A stretch of DNA of 64,000 nucleotides from Candidatus Magasanikiibacteriota bacterium (GCA_018652595.1 JABIBU010000013.1:93043-157042); one strand, 5' to 3'. Counted from the first letter of the stretch, positions 1 to 9,129 are shown. Program-made: numbers and translations. Notes: a model not told the origin generated them from the sequence alone.

Positions 1-32
1 TCGACAAGTGCTTAAGTGTTTGCGCGCCCAAG

Positions 33-41
33 TTATCCACA
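33..41 (+). promoter_or_regulatory. DnaA box
   Basis: TTATCCACA, perfect consensus; isolated. Confidence 0.5.
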
Positions 42-104
42 GCATACCAGCTGTTACCAAACAATTCTGAAATTTGTGTAGATTTGTGTTAAGATTCGTG
101 GGCA

Positions 105-133
105 TTGACAAATTCAAATTAACCTGCTATAAT
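105..133 (+). promoter_or_regulatory. sigma70 promoter for rny leader
   Basis: TTGACA-17 bp-TATAAT perfect consensus. Confidence 0.85.
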
Positions 134-156
134 GTATTTACACTTTAATCATTAAG

Positions 157-375
157 GTGATGAAATCGATATTATTTTAGTAGAGAAGGAATACGAGAAA
201 AAACTGTTTTATCGAACAAGAAATATAAATAATTATGCTGAAATTAGCTAAATTATCACTTCTTCAAGAATACAATTACTCTCTTCAATCTGACTATTCA
301 GATTCTTTTGAGCTAGGCAAAAATTCTTTGCTTTTAGCTTAATTCTTCTCACAATATTAGTATCATTCTCATCAC
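157..375 (+). ncRNA. candidate structured leader/ncRNA upstream of rny
   Basis: GTGATGA(157-163)/TCATCAC(369-375), GATATTA/TAGTATC and GAGAAGGA/TTCTTCTC form a long closing stem; internal hairpins near 287-304 and 311-339. Confidence 0.45.
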
Positions 376-393
376 GTATGGGAAATTTTTTAT

Positions 394-1926
394 ATGCAAG
401 ACTTACTAATATTAGCAATTGCTGGTGGTGGCCTAGGTATCTTTGTGGGTATCCCTCTGGGTTATTTTTTGCGCAAGCAACTAGCCCAAGGTCAAGCCAA
501 TTCAGTAGAAGCTAAGGCCGAAAAGATGATGTCTGAGGCCAAAAACAAAGAGCAAGAGATCTTACTAAAATCCAAAGAAAAGGCCATCAAAATGATTGAT
601 GATGCCAAAAAAGAAGAGACAGACAGACGATCTGAGATGCAAAAAACTCAATCTAGACTCGAACAGCGTGAAAACATGTTTGACAAAAAGTTACTTGAGT
701 TTGAAGATCGCAAAACAAATCTACAAAAAAAAGTAGAAGAAATCCAAACAATCAAACAAAAGATTGATGTCGCAAAAGAAGAAGTTGGAAAAAAACTAGA
801 AGAAGTTTCTGGTTATTCCAAAGATCAAGCTGTGGATGAGCTCTTTCATCGTGTAGAAGAAGAAAGTAGCGAAGACTTGGCCATGCGCATCATGAAGATG
901 GAAAAGACAAACAGTGAAACTTACGAAGAAAAAGCCACGAGAATAGTTTTGGAATCTATCCAAAGATGTGCCACCGATCACTCTAGTGAGACAACTTCCT
1001 CATCTATTCCACTACCAAGTGAAGAGATGAAAGGTAGAATTATTGGAAAAGACGGTCGCAATATCAAGACTATTGAAAAGATGACTGGATGTGAGCTTAT
1101 TATTGATGAGACTCCAGAAATGCTTTTGATCTCTAGCTTCTCCCCTATTCGCAGACGAGTATGTTATCTAGCTTTGGAAAAACTGATCAAAGATGGTCGC
1201 ATACAACCAGCTAGAATTGAAGCATTTATAGAGGAGGCAAAAAAAGAAATAGCAATTGATATCAAAAAAACTGGCGAAGAAACTTTGTACAAACTTGGGT
1301 TCACAGGTATTGAGCCAAAATTAGTTTCCATTGCTGGGAGACTAAAATATCGTACTAGTTATGGTCAAAACATATTAAACCACTCTATCGAAGTCGCCCA
1401 ACTCTCTGGTTTAATCGCCGAAGAACTTGGAGCTGATGTAGCAAAAGCCAAAAAAGCTGGCTTCTTCCACGATATTGGAAAAGCTGTTGACCAAGAAACT
1501 CAAGGCTCTCATCCAGAAATTGGTGGTGTTATTTTGAAAAAATTTGGTTTGGATGAAGATCTCCAAGATGCTGCAATGAACCACCACGAAGATAAACCAG
1601 AAAAACTTATCACTCAGATTGTAAAAGCAGCCGATGCTATCTCTGGTGCCAGAGTCGGTGCTAGACGAGATACTTATGAGCAATATGTTGCTCGCTTGGA
1701 AGAACTAGAAGGAACTGCAAAACAATTTCCTGGTGTTGAAAAAGTTTATGCTATACAAGCTGGTCGTGAAGTTAGAGTATTTGTTAGCCCAGAAGAAATT
1801 GATGATTACAAAGCTTATAACTTAGCCAAAGATATTGCTCGTAAAATTGAAAATGAATTGCAATATCCTGGAGAGATCAAAGTCTGTGTAATTCGCGAAA
1901 GTCGTGTGATTGAATACGCAAAATAA
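394..1926 (+). CDS. rny: ribonuclease Y
   Basis: N-terminal TM, coiled coil, KH motif MKGRIIGKDGRNI, HD motif FFHDIGK, C-terminal YAIQAGREVRV. Confidence 0.97.
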   Translation: MQDLLILAIAGGGLGIFVGIPLGYFLRKQLAQGQANSVEAKAEKMMSEAKNKEQEILLKSKEKAIKMIDDAKKEETDRRSEMQKTQSRLEQRENMFDKKLLEFEDRKTNLQKKVEEIQTIKQKIDVAKEEVGKKLEEVSGYSKDQAVDELFHRVEEESSEDLAMRIMKMEKTNSETYEEKATRIVLESIQRCATDHSSETTSSSIPLPSEEMKGRIIGKDGRNIKTIEKMTGCELIIDETPEMLLISSFSPIRRRVCYLALEKLIKDGRIQPARIEAFIEEAKKEIAIDIKKTGEETLYKLGFTGIEPKLVSIAGRLKYRTSYGQNILNHSIEVAQLSGLIAEELGADVAKAKKAGFFHDIGKAVDQETQGSHPEIGGVILKKFGLDEDLQDAAMNHHEDKPEKLITQIVKAADAISGARVGARRDTYEQYVARLEELEGTAKQFPGVEKVYAIQAGREVRVFVSPEEIDDYKAYNLAKDIARKIENELQYPGEIKVCVIRESRVIEYAK

Positions 1927-1942
1927 ACATTTTGAGACTTAA

Positions 1943-1976
1943 AAAAACCCGCTAATACAGCGGGTTTTTGTTTTTT
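1943..1976. terminator. intrinsic terminator, probably bidirectional
   Basis: AAAAACCCGC-taataca-GCGGGTTTTT between convergent genes. Confidence 0.85.
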
Positions 1977-2044
1977 ATAAAAACGAAAAAACTCGACGTC
2001 AGCATAAATGCAAAACGTCGAGCCCTTCCTCCCTCTACACCTCC

Positions 2045-2593
2045 TTACCTCTTCAAGAAACTATCAATCTCAAAGAAGTTCTCTACTAGAATATCGTGTG
2101 AATCCCCAAGAACAACGAAACATTCCACTCCATCAATATGTTGGATTGCCGTTATTGGCTCTCCATCACTGCTGGAGAGTGGAACAAGTCCTCGTAAAAT
2201 CCTCACTGCTTCTTCGGCACCGGAGAACCCCAGCACCTTCCATGGAACAGTCTCGTCGAGACTAATGATCCTCTTCTCTTGAGGATGGCTTGCCTGATCA
2301 ACTACGAAACTAAACAGACAGACCAACACATAAGGATTATCATACCCCAACTTTTCCAAAAGCGCCCTATAAGGCGGGCGTCTCCAGGTCCACTCTCTTC
2401 TCTTGTGCTGATTGAGCCTCCAGGTTACCTCACCAGCAGTCTCAAGTTTAAAGAGTGTGTTCTGAATCTCGTTTGGACTTGCTAGATTGTCCCAACCCCA
2501 ATCTGGATCATTGTGATCCACACACCTCTCGCCTTCTTCTCCCCATTGCTCAGCAAAGAGGAGGATGGATAAAACCAGCTCTCTGATTTCCAT
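2045..2593 (-). CDS. hypothetical protein
   Basis: ORF with ATG at 2593 preceded by AGAGGAG RBS; no recognisable family. Confidence 0.6.
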   Translation of the reverse strand: MEIRELVLSILLFAEQWGEEGERCVDHNDPDWGWDNLASPNEIQNTLFKLETAGEVTWRLNQHKRREWTWRRPPYRALLEKLGYDNPYVLVCLFSFVVDQASHPQEKRIISLDETVPWKVLGFSGAEEAVRILRGLVPLSSSDGEPITAIQHIDGVECFVVLGDSHDILVENFFEIDSFLKR

Positions 2594-2756
2594 GACTTCT
2601 CCTCTAAATTGTGGGTTCTGTTTTTTCTCTCTTACATAGAACAAAAGGAGGGAACCCCCTTATTAATATATAGTAAAGCATATTTTAAAAAAAATTTCAA
2701 CCATTATTTTAAATTTTTATTAAGATATGTCTATCCACAGATATTTTTTCGCTCTG

Positions 2757-2785
2757 TTGACGGCTTTTTTAAAAAAAGCTATAAT
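2757..2785 (+). promoter_or_regulatory. sigma70 promoter for HU
   Basis: TTGACG-17 bp-TATAAT; DnaA-box-like CTATCCACA at 2731-2739. Confidence 0.75.
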
Positions 2786-2862
2786 AGCAATATAAATTAA
2801 ATTAACTTTTAACTCTTTCCGTACCCCGACTATGCTCGGGTTCGGAATTATAGGAGAATATT

Positions 2863-3141
2863 ATGAACAAAGCAGAACTAGCCGCTACAATTGCCGACAA
2901 GGTCGGCGTATCAAAAAAAGAAGGAGAGGGAATGGTAGCCGCTTTTGTAGAGACCGTTACCACCACACTAGTATCTGGTGGCGAAGTATCTATTGCTGGT
3001 TTTGGTGCCTTTAGCGCCAAACTAAGAGCCGGTAGAGTTGGTGTTAATCCACAAAACCCAACAGAAAAAATTCAAATCCCTCCAGTGACTGTACCGAAGT
3101 TTAAGGCTGGCAAAGGATTGAAAGATGCTTTGAAGAAATAA
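2863..3141 (+). CDS. hup: HU family DNA-binding protein
   Basis: MNKAEL start, GFGAF, GVNPQ, VPKFKAGKGLKD; AGGAG RBS. Confidence 0.96.
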   Translation: MNKAELAATIADKVGVSKKEGEGMVAAFVETVTTTLVSGGEVSIAGFGAFSAKLRAGRVGVNPQNPTEKIQIPPVTVPKFKAGKGLKDALKK

Positions 3142-3177
3142 CACTGATTTAGACAGATTTTAAAAGATTACACAGAT

Positions 3178-3211
3178 AAAAAACCACTCGCTAAATAGCG
3201 AGTGGTTTTTT
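3178..3211. terminator. bidirectional intrinsic terminator
   Basis: AAAAAACCACTCGCTA-aa-TAGCGAGTGGTTTTTT between hup and the tRNA operon. Confidence 0.9.
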
Positions 3212-3271
3212 GTGTAAGGAGGGAGATTTGCCACCCTCGCGGGTGGTCAGCCTTGGGCTGAAACTCCCGAC
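3211..3271 (-). repeat. duplicated tRNA(CAT) 3' end interrupted by a 31-bp palindromic insert
   Basis: 3211-3230 plus 3262-3271 match 3317-3346 at 29/30 nt; insert is CCACCCtcgcGGGTGG-TCAGCCttgGGCTGA. Confidence 0.8.
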
Positions 3272-3318
3272 TTGCTTTGTAAAAAAAATAAGTCCTGTGT
3301 TTTACAGAACTTATTTTG

Positions 3319-3392
3319 TGTCAGGAGGGAGATTTGAACTCCCGACCTTAGGGTTATGAATCCTACGCTCTCACCAACTGAGCTACCCTGAC
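3319..3392 (-). tRNA. tRNA with CAT anticodon (elongator Met or Ile2)
   Basis: GTCAGGG/TCCTGAC acceptor stem, GCTC/GAGC D arm, loop TTCATAA, T loop TTCAAAT; G1-C72 pair argues against initiator; CCA not encoded. Confidence 0.92.
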
Positions 3393-3429
3393 ATAGAAAA
3401 ATAAATTGTCTAGATGATCCCGACACTCG

Positions 3430-3501
3430 TAGCCCCAAGGGGAATCGAACCCCTGTTTTATGGATGAGAACCATATGTCCTAACCACTAGACGATGGGGC
3501 C
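3430..3501 (-). tRNA. tRNA-Glu(CTC)
   Basis: GGCCCCA/TGGGGCT acceptor stem, TATGG-TTCTCAT-CCATA anticodon arm, GGTTCGATTCC T arm. Confidence 0.95.
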
Positions 3502-3550
3502 AGAAGTCTCGGGACTATCCACTAGACGACCGGACCATTATACAGACAAA

Positions 3551-3579
3551 ATTATACAGGAAATATAATTTTTTGTCAA
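3551..3579 (-). promoter_or_regulatory. sigma70 promoter of tRNA operon
   Basis: TTGACA-17 bp-TATAAT perfect consensus on minus strand. Confidence 0.9.
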
Positions 3580-3584
3580 TATTT

Positions 3585-4868
3585 TTATCTTAGCAAAACA
3601 AAAGGTGCACTATATAGTTGTTTTATTGAAACAGGTTCACCCAATGGCAAAAAACCTCGCGGAGACGCTATTAATAATAGATAGTTCCAGACGAAAAAAA
3701 TAAAAATAATACCTAAATAAACTATAGCTTTAACTTTACTTTTATCTACTCTGTCAAACAAATAAGCAAAACCAAATGCAAATATAAACAATGAACCAAT
3801 CATCTTTCGAGCTCCAAAAGCTGAGCCACCCCACCAATCCAACAAACTTGCATTAAGATAAACCTGCACAAACAGCATTATAGACATTGCTGTAACTAAA
3901 AACTTATTTTTTCTAAAGGCCAGAATTAAACCCAACACACCTACCAATAAAAATGGATGCCAACTAAATAGACCATGATAACCAGAAAATAATACGGATA
4001 AAATTTTGGGTTGTAGAAACTGTATAAAACCAGATCCTTGCGGTACTAGAAAAAAAGAACCATATAAAAATTTCCACATTAAAAATTGTGGTAATAAAAT
4101 TAGCAAAACAACAAGAGGAGAGATAAATACCTTACTAGTTATTATTTTTCTTTCTTGTATTTTTTTGAGATAAATTATAGCAGGGAATAGTACAAAAATA
4201 ATATTTTGCCACCTCACTAAGACTGTCAAACCAATGGAAAGACCTAGAAATATTAGTGTTTTGCTGTCTATTTTTTCTTTTTTTAAAAAAACTACAGAAT
4301 ACCAAAAAAGTAAACAGCATGCAAAAAAAGACAGACCATGTGACATCATCGGTTCGTATATAACATAGTGCAAAAGGGGCGAACAAAAAATAACCACTAT
4401 CACCGACAACCAACTAGACAGGCTAGAAAAAAAACTTTGCAGGGCCTTGAATAAAAAGACAGCCCCCAGCAATACATAGAAAATAGAACCAAAACTTAAA
4501 AATAGCTGGTAATAAATACTAAAACCAAGTAAACCAAATTGGGCAAAACCTGAAAAGAAATCTAGTAAAATAGCCGGAATAAAAAATGGGGACAGTAGTA
4601 TGCTCATACCGATAGCAAAAGGATTTCCATGCTTACCAATCGATGTAGTTGCTTGATTGCTTAAATCTGTTCCATAAATACCATCATAACGAATGTATTC
4701 GTTAGTAAAATCAAAATCCCCGTCAAAAGCTAGGGACCTTAGATACATATAATAACCATGGCCATCCCCCGCTATATCCCATTTTGGATTTAAAATAAAA
4801 ATTGAAATTGAAAAAACTAATACTAAAAATAATACTAGAGATAATGAAGAAAATAATTTAAATTTCAT
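3585..4868 (-). CDS. multi-pass GT-C-fold-like membrane glycosyltransferase
   Basis: About 10 TM helices, first-loop GDGHGYY..DGDFDF, WWGGSAFGARK motif. Confidence 0.7.
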   Translation of the reverse strand: MKFKLFSSLSLVLFLVLVFSISIFILNPKWDIAGDGHGYYMYLRSLAFDGDFDFTNEYIRYDGIYGTDLSNQATTSIGKHGNPFAIGMSILLSPFFIPAILLDFFSGFAQFGLLGFSIYYQLFLSFGSIFYVLLGAVFLFKALQSFFSSLSSWLSVIVVIFCSPLLHYVIYEPMMSHGLSFFACCLLFWYSVVFLKKEKIDSKTLIFLGLSIGLTVLVRWQNIIFVLFPAIIYLKKIQERKIITSKVFISPLVVLLILLPQFLMWKFLYGSFFLVPQGSGFIQFLQPKILSVLFSGYHGLFSWHPFLLVGVLGLILAFRKNKFLVTAMSIMLFVQVYLNASLLDWWGGSAFGARKMIGSLFIFAFGFAYLFDRVDKSKVKAIVYLGIIFIFFVWNYLLLIASPRGFLPLGEPVSIKQLYSAPFVLLR

Positions 4869-4910
4869 AAGAAACCAATTATATTTCGTAATTCCTAAAT
4901 TTGTATATTT

Positions 4911-6710
4911 TTATCGACCTGGTGGAACTTGGTAGTATTCCAAAATAAACTTGGCTATATCACCAAAGACTGGTGCGGCAGTGACTGAGGAATATTGCCG
5001 TTCTGGTTTTTCAAACTTTACTATCATGGCAAATTTTGGATCATCTACCGGTCCAAACCCTATAAAAGAGTGGTTAGTGTCTTCGGTATAACCACCTAAC
5101 CCAGAAATCTGAGCCGTTCCAGTCTTTCCAGCTATGTAATAACCATCTACTTTGGCAGACGAAGCTTGCCCCCTATCTATAACATTGACTAGCATACCAG
5201 ACAAAAGCATGGCGCTACGACTATCTAAGACTTTTCTTATTTCTTGTGGATAAAATCTTTCTATTTTTCCATTTGCATAACGCAATTCTTCCACCACATA
5301 TGGTTTCATCAAATTTCCTCCATTAGCGATCGCGCCAAATGCTGATACCATTTGCAAGGGGGTGGCTGTAAGACCCTGGCCAAAGGAAGCTGTGGCTGTA
5401 TAACAATCTACACTATCACCCTTATTTTGACTAAGGGAATCAATCGTGCCAGAAGCTTCGCTATCTAATTCAATACCAGTCTTTACACCAAAACCAAAAT
5501 CTTCTACATATTTTTTAAATTTTTTCTTACCCAAAACATTTACCACTTCTACCATTCCAGTATTAATAGAATTTTCCAAAACACCGGTCATGGTCTGATC
5601 TTCATAAATTTTGCTACCAGCGTTCTCTATCAATTTGGTACAACCACCATCAACTTTTCCACTATCATAAAAATAAGTATCTGGAGTAATTAAATTTTCA
5701 TTCAAAGCCGCTGCCATAGCAATTGGCTTAAAAACAGATCCCGGCTCATATGGAGTAAAGATACTGTCATTATTATAAATAATAACAGAATCAACCTGAT
5801 TATACTGATTTGGATCAAAATCTGGAGATCCACAGATAGCCCTTATTTTGCCCGTATTAGGCTCCATTATTACAAGTGAGGCCGATGTCGCCCCAAACCC
5901 CTCTCTCGCTTCTGAGAGCCTCTTACAAGCCTTGAATTGCAGGGTACGATCGATGGTGAGAAGCATGTCCAACCCATCTTCAGCTGCTTCAAAATTCCAG
6001 CCAGCCAAAGGAATCCTACCGCCACCAACACTTTTGGACCCCTCAAAAAATCCACCCTTTCCTGCTAGCTCTTTTTGCCAATAACCCTCTATGCCATAAT
6101 GACCAATACTATCACCATCCTTGTCTTTACCAAGGAAGCCAATAACATGAGCAGCTAGATTTTCTTCTGGATAAAAACGTAGTGGGTGACGCGAAAAAGC
6201 AATACCGAGTAAATCAAGTTCTTTTAATCTATCAACAATACTTTCATCTACTTTATTCTCAATTGGCTCATATGGATCATCGCGTTTATTTATCCTCAAA
6301 TAAACGTCAAACTTTTTTTCATCATCATAATTAAATATTTCAGCCAATTTACTAGCAACATTCTCAGCCTCTTCATCTGTTTTTATTACACGAGTATCAG
6401 CATAGACAATGAAATAATCTCTGTTCATTGCCAAAGGATATTCCTCACCGGTTCTAGAATCTTGCACATACACCTGGCCGCGAACTGGAAAAAGATTTCT
6501 ATAAACCTCTCTAGATCCAGCCGCCAAAGCAACATAAAAACTATGTTGAAAAATCATCAAAATTACAAGACGTACTACAATTATAGAGGAGACAACAAAA
6601 AAAAATCCTAAAATAAATCTGAGTCTGGGGTCCCCTGACTCCTTCTTATTAGCTTTGAAGCCGAGATTGTCACGTGATTTTACTCTAATTTTTTGCATAA
6701 AGAAATACAA
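4911..6710 (-). CDS. ftsI: class B penicillin-binding protein (FtsI/PBP2-like transpeptidase)
   Basis: N-terminal TM, RFYP, GIEG, EPGSVFK (SxxK), SIN (SxN), KTGT. Confidence 0.88.
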   Translation of the reverse strand: MYFFMQKIRVKSRDNLGFKANKKESGDPRLRFILGFFFVVSSIIVVRLVILMIFQHSFYVALAAGSREVYRNLFPVRGQVYVQDSRTGEEYPLAMNRDYFIVYADTRVIKTDEEAENVASKLAEIFNYDDEKKFDVYLRINKRDDPYEPIENKVDESIVDRLKELDLLGIAFSRHPLRFYPEENLAAHVIGFLGKDKDGDSIGHYGIEGYWQKELAGKGGFFEGSKSVGGGRIPLAGWNFEAAEDGLDMLLTIDRTLQFKACKRLSEAREGFGATSASLVIMEPNTGKIRAICGSPDFDPNQYNQVDSVIIYNNDSIFTPYEPGSVFKPIAMAAALNENLITPDTYFYDSGKVDGGCTKLIENAGSKIYEDQTMTGVLENSINTGMVEVVNVLGKKKFKKYVEDFGFGVKTGIELDSEASGTIDSLSQNKGDSVDCYTATASFGQGLTATPLQMVSAFGAIANGGNLMKPYVVEELRYANGKIERFYPQEIRKVLDSRSAMLLSGMLVNVIDRGQASSAKVDGYYIAGKTGTAQISGLGGYTEDTNHSFIGFGPVDDPKFAMIVKFEKPERQYSSVTAAPVFGDIAKFILEYYQVPPGR

Positions 6711-6713
6711 ATA

Positions 6714-7748
6714 TCAAATTCGTTTCTGTCTACCTGTCCTCTTCTCAACCATGCCCTCGTCAATCAAATCTTCTTTAACTAGTTGTTTCAAAGAATTTTC
6801 CAAAGTAGACATGCCATCTTTCATACCAGTCTGAATAGAACTTGGAATCTGAGCAATATTGTTTTCACGAATCAAATTAGAGATAGCCGGCGTATTAACT
6901 AAAATTTCACGAGCAGCCACTCGTTTGCCATCTTTTGTTGGTATTAATTGCTGAGACACCACACCTCGCAATACTGCTGACAATTGAATCAAAATCTGTT
7001 TTTGTTTTGCGCCATCAAACACATCTACTATTCTCTCAATAGCTTCGGCAGCACTAGAGGTGTGCAATGTAGAAAATACCAGGTGACCAGTCTCAGCAGC
7101 TGTCAAAACAGTAGCAATAGTCTCCGGGTCACGCATCTCACCAACCAAAATCACATTTGGGTCCTGACGCAAAACATGTTTTAGGGCAGCAGCAAAAGAC
7201 TTTGTATCAGTTCCCACTTCTCGCTGTTCTATCATGCTTTCTTTATCCTCAAATAAAAATTCTATTGGATCCTCTATTGTTATTATATGAGCTTTTCTGG
7301 TTTTATTAATTTCTTCTATCATCGAAGCCAGTGTGGTAGATTTGCCATGACCAGTTGGACCTACCACCAAAACCAAACCATTGAGTAAATTCGTAAAATC
7401 ATTCAAAATTGACTCGAAACGTAAATCTTCTGGACTAGGTATGTCATGTGGAATAAGACGAGCTGCCATACCAATTTTTTCTTGCTGTTGATGCAAGTTA
7501 ACACGAAAACGCATATCTTTGTCTTGATAACCAAAATCAAGTTCTAATTCTTCTTGATACTTCTTTTTTTGCTCAGCACTAAGTAGACTTAATAAGCCGG
7601 TTTCTAGTTCTTTTTCTGGTAAATCTTTGTCTTCTATATCTACTAGATTACCATCTACACGCAATGTTGGTCTCTCCCCTGACACCAGATGCAAATCTGA
7701 GGCTCCTTTTCCAATTGCTAAGTCAAAGTATGATTTTATACTCTTCAT
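6714..7748 (-). CDS. pilT: type IV pilus retraction ATPase
   Basis: ASDLHL, GPTGHGKST, TIEDPIE, LRQDPNVILVGEMRD, AETGHLVFSTLH. Confidence 0.93.
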   Translation of the reverse strand: MKSIKSYFDLAIGKGASDLHLVSGERPTLRVDGNLVDIEDKDLPEKELETGLLSLLSAEQKKKYQEELELDFGYQDKDMRFRVNLHQQQEKIGMAARLIPHDIPSPEDLRFESILNDFTNLLNGLVLVVGPTGHGKSTTLASMIEEINKTRKAHIITIEDPIEFLFEDKESMIEQREVGTDTKSFAAALKHVLRQDPNVILVGEMRDPETIATVLTAAETGHLVFSTLHTSSAAEAIERIVDVFDGAKQKQILIQLSAVLRGVVSQQLIPTKDGKRVAAREILVNTPAISNLIRENNIAQIPSSIQTGMKDGMSTLENSLKQLVKEDLIDEGMVEKRTGRQKRI

Positions 7749-7822
7749 AATAAAAATACTTAAAATGCCAAAAAAGCTATAGACACTTAAAAGGCTTACT
7801 AATACACTTATTTTAACATAAT

Positions 7823-7849
7823 AAAAACCAAGCTACAATGCTTGGTTTT
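7823..7849 (-). terminator. intrinsic terminator
   Basis: AAAACCAAGC-tacaat-GCTTGGTTTT. Confidence 0.8.
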
Positions 7850-7881
7850 CTGCATATTCCAAAAGTTCCGTACTTTATGTC

Positions 7882-8199
7882 TTATTTCTCCATCTCACCT
7901 TTTAAATTCTTATATTGAGCACTGACGACCTTAACGACCATTTTTTTCACATTTTCAGCTAATCCATTTTCAACAGCATATTTATTAACCGACTCACGAA
8001 CCAATTTTACATATTGATTCTTATTTAAGTTTTTGTACTCCTTGGACACCAAAACTTTTTCTTTTAGCCCCACATAAACTTCAGCAGCATGATCGAGCAT
8101 CTGCTCACGCATATCCCTTCCTTTTTGTGTTGTGTTGAGCCAGACTAAACCAGCACCCAGTAAACCACCTAGGCACAGACCTTTTTTAAATTTTCCCAT
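7882..8199 (-). CDS. small membrane-anchored hypothetical protein (YtxH-like N-terminus)
   Basis: GLCLGGLLGAGLVWL followed by KGRDMR. Confidence 0.7.
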   Translation of the reverse strand: MGKFKKGLCLGGLLGAGLVWLNTTQKGRDMREQMLDHAAEVYVGLKEKVLVSKEYKNLNKNQYVKLVRESVNKYAVENGLAENVKKMVVKVVSAQYKNLKGEMEK

Positions 8200-8268
8200 A
8201 TAAATAAATTAAGATTAAAGACTAAAAATTAAAGATTGTTTATAGTATACCAAACAAAACCACAAAAC

Positions 8269-8296
8269 AAAAGGCCATCCACAAGGATGACCTTTT
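8269..8296 (-). terminator. intrinsic terminator
   Basis: AAAAGGcCATCC-acaa-GGATGaCCTTTT. Confidence 0.75.
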
Positions 8297-8316
8297 AATT
8301 CATTTAAATTAGTCTG

Positions 8317-9078
8317 CTATTTCAATCCCAACTGAGTTGCAGCTTTTTTGAAGTTTGTTACACTCATAGTTCCGGCCTCTGATAAAACAAACAGTTCATC
8401 ATGCATTTCAAAAGCTTTTCCTTGTTCTTTTGCACACTCAAATGCTTCTGCTGCTTTTTGAGCCTGTTGATGAAAAGATAGTGGGAAATGACGGAAAGTA
8501 AATCTAACATCATCACCATAATTGGCCAAAACCTGCTCAACAGTTGGTACAAAACGAGCACAGTATGGACATTCAAAATCAGAAAACTCCACAATTGTAA
8601 TAGGAGCATCTTTTTCTCCTCTCCAAACAACATCTTTTAGCTCAGGCATATCTACCTTTGTTAGATTGCCAGCATCATCTTTCATAAATTCAAAATCTGG
8701 TTCTTCTCCTGCAAGCAGAGCATCAATCACTTGCTTTGCCATATCATATGGTAAGGCACCGCTCATAAGATAACCGTTTACAAAAGTAGCTGGAGTACCA
8801 CGAACACCCAGACTAGAACCCAATTGCATATCAGCATTTACTGCGCTAGCATACTTATCAGTATCTAGACACTCACTAAATTTTTTCGGACCATCAACAT
8901 CTTCTGAGCCAGTTTTACCACTAGACTTGTCAGAATCAATTGCACCACCATTTAGCATTATACCCAAAAGGATAAAAAAACCAATGGCACATAGTACCAA
9001 AAAACCAGCAACCAAACCAAACCCGAAAGCTTGTTTACCACCCATATTACCGAGTGGATTTGAACTCTTATTTTCCAT
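8317..9078 (-). CDS. membrane-anchored DsbA/BdbD-family thiol-disulfide oxidoreductase, circularly permuted
   Basis: APITIVEFSDFECPYC and RHFPLSFH present, but the GVRGTPATFVNG..GALP segment lies before the CXXC. Confidence 0.9.
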   Translation of the reverse strand: MENKSSNPLGNMGGKQAFGFGLVAGFLVLCAIGFFILLGIMLNGGAIDSDKSSGKTGSEDVDGPKKFSECLDTDKYASAVNADMQLGSSLGVRGTPATFVNGYLMSGALPYDMAKQVIDALLAGEEPDFEFMKDDAGNLTKVDMPELKDVVWRGEKDAPITIVEFSDFECPYCARFVPTVEQVLANYGDDVRFTFRHFPLSFHQQAQKAAEAFECAKEQGKAFEMHDELFVLSEAGTMSVTNFKKAATQLGLK

Positions 9079-9129
9079 ATGTAATTTATTAAATATGATT
9101 TATTTCGTCTGTATATACTATCATCTAGC

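Noticed and set aside
33-41. Replication origin suggested by DnaA boxes (also 2731 and 50396)
   Set aside because: Boxes are isolated, not clustered; no dnaA/dnaN in the window, though sequence left of the window is unseen
3247-3474. 75-aa minus-strand ORF
   Set aside because: Overlaps both tRNA genes; spurious
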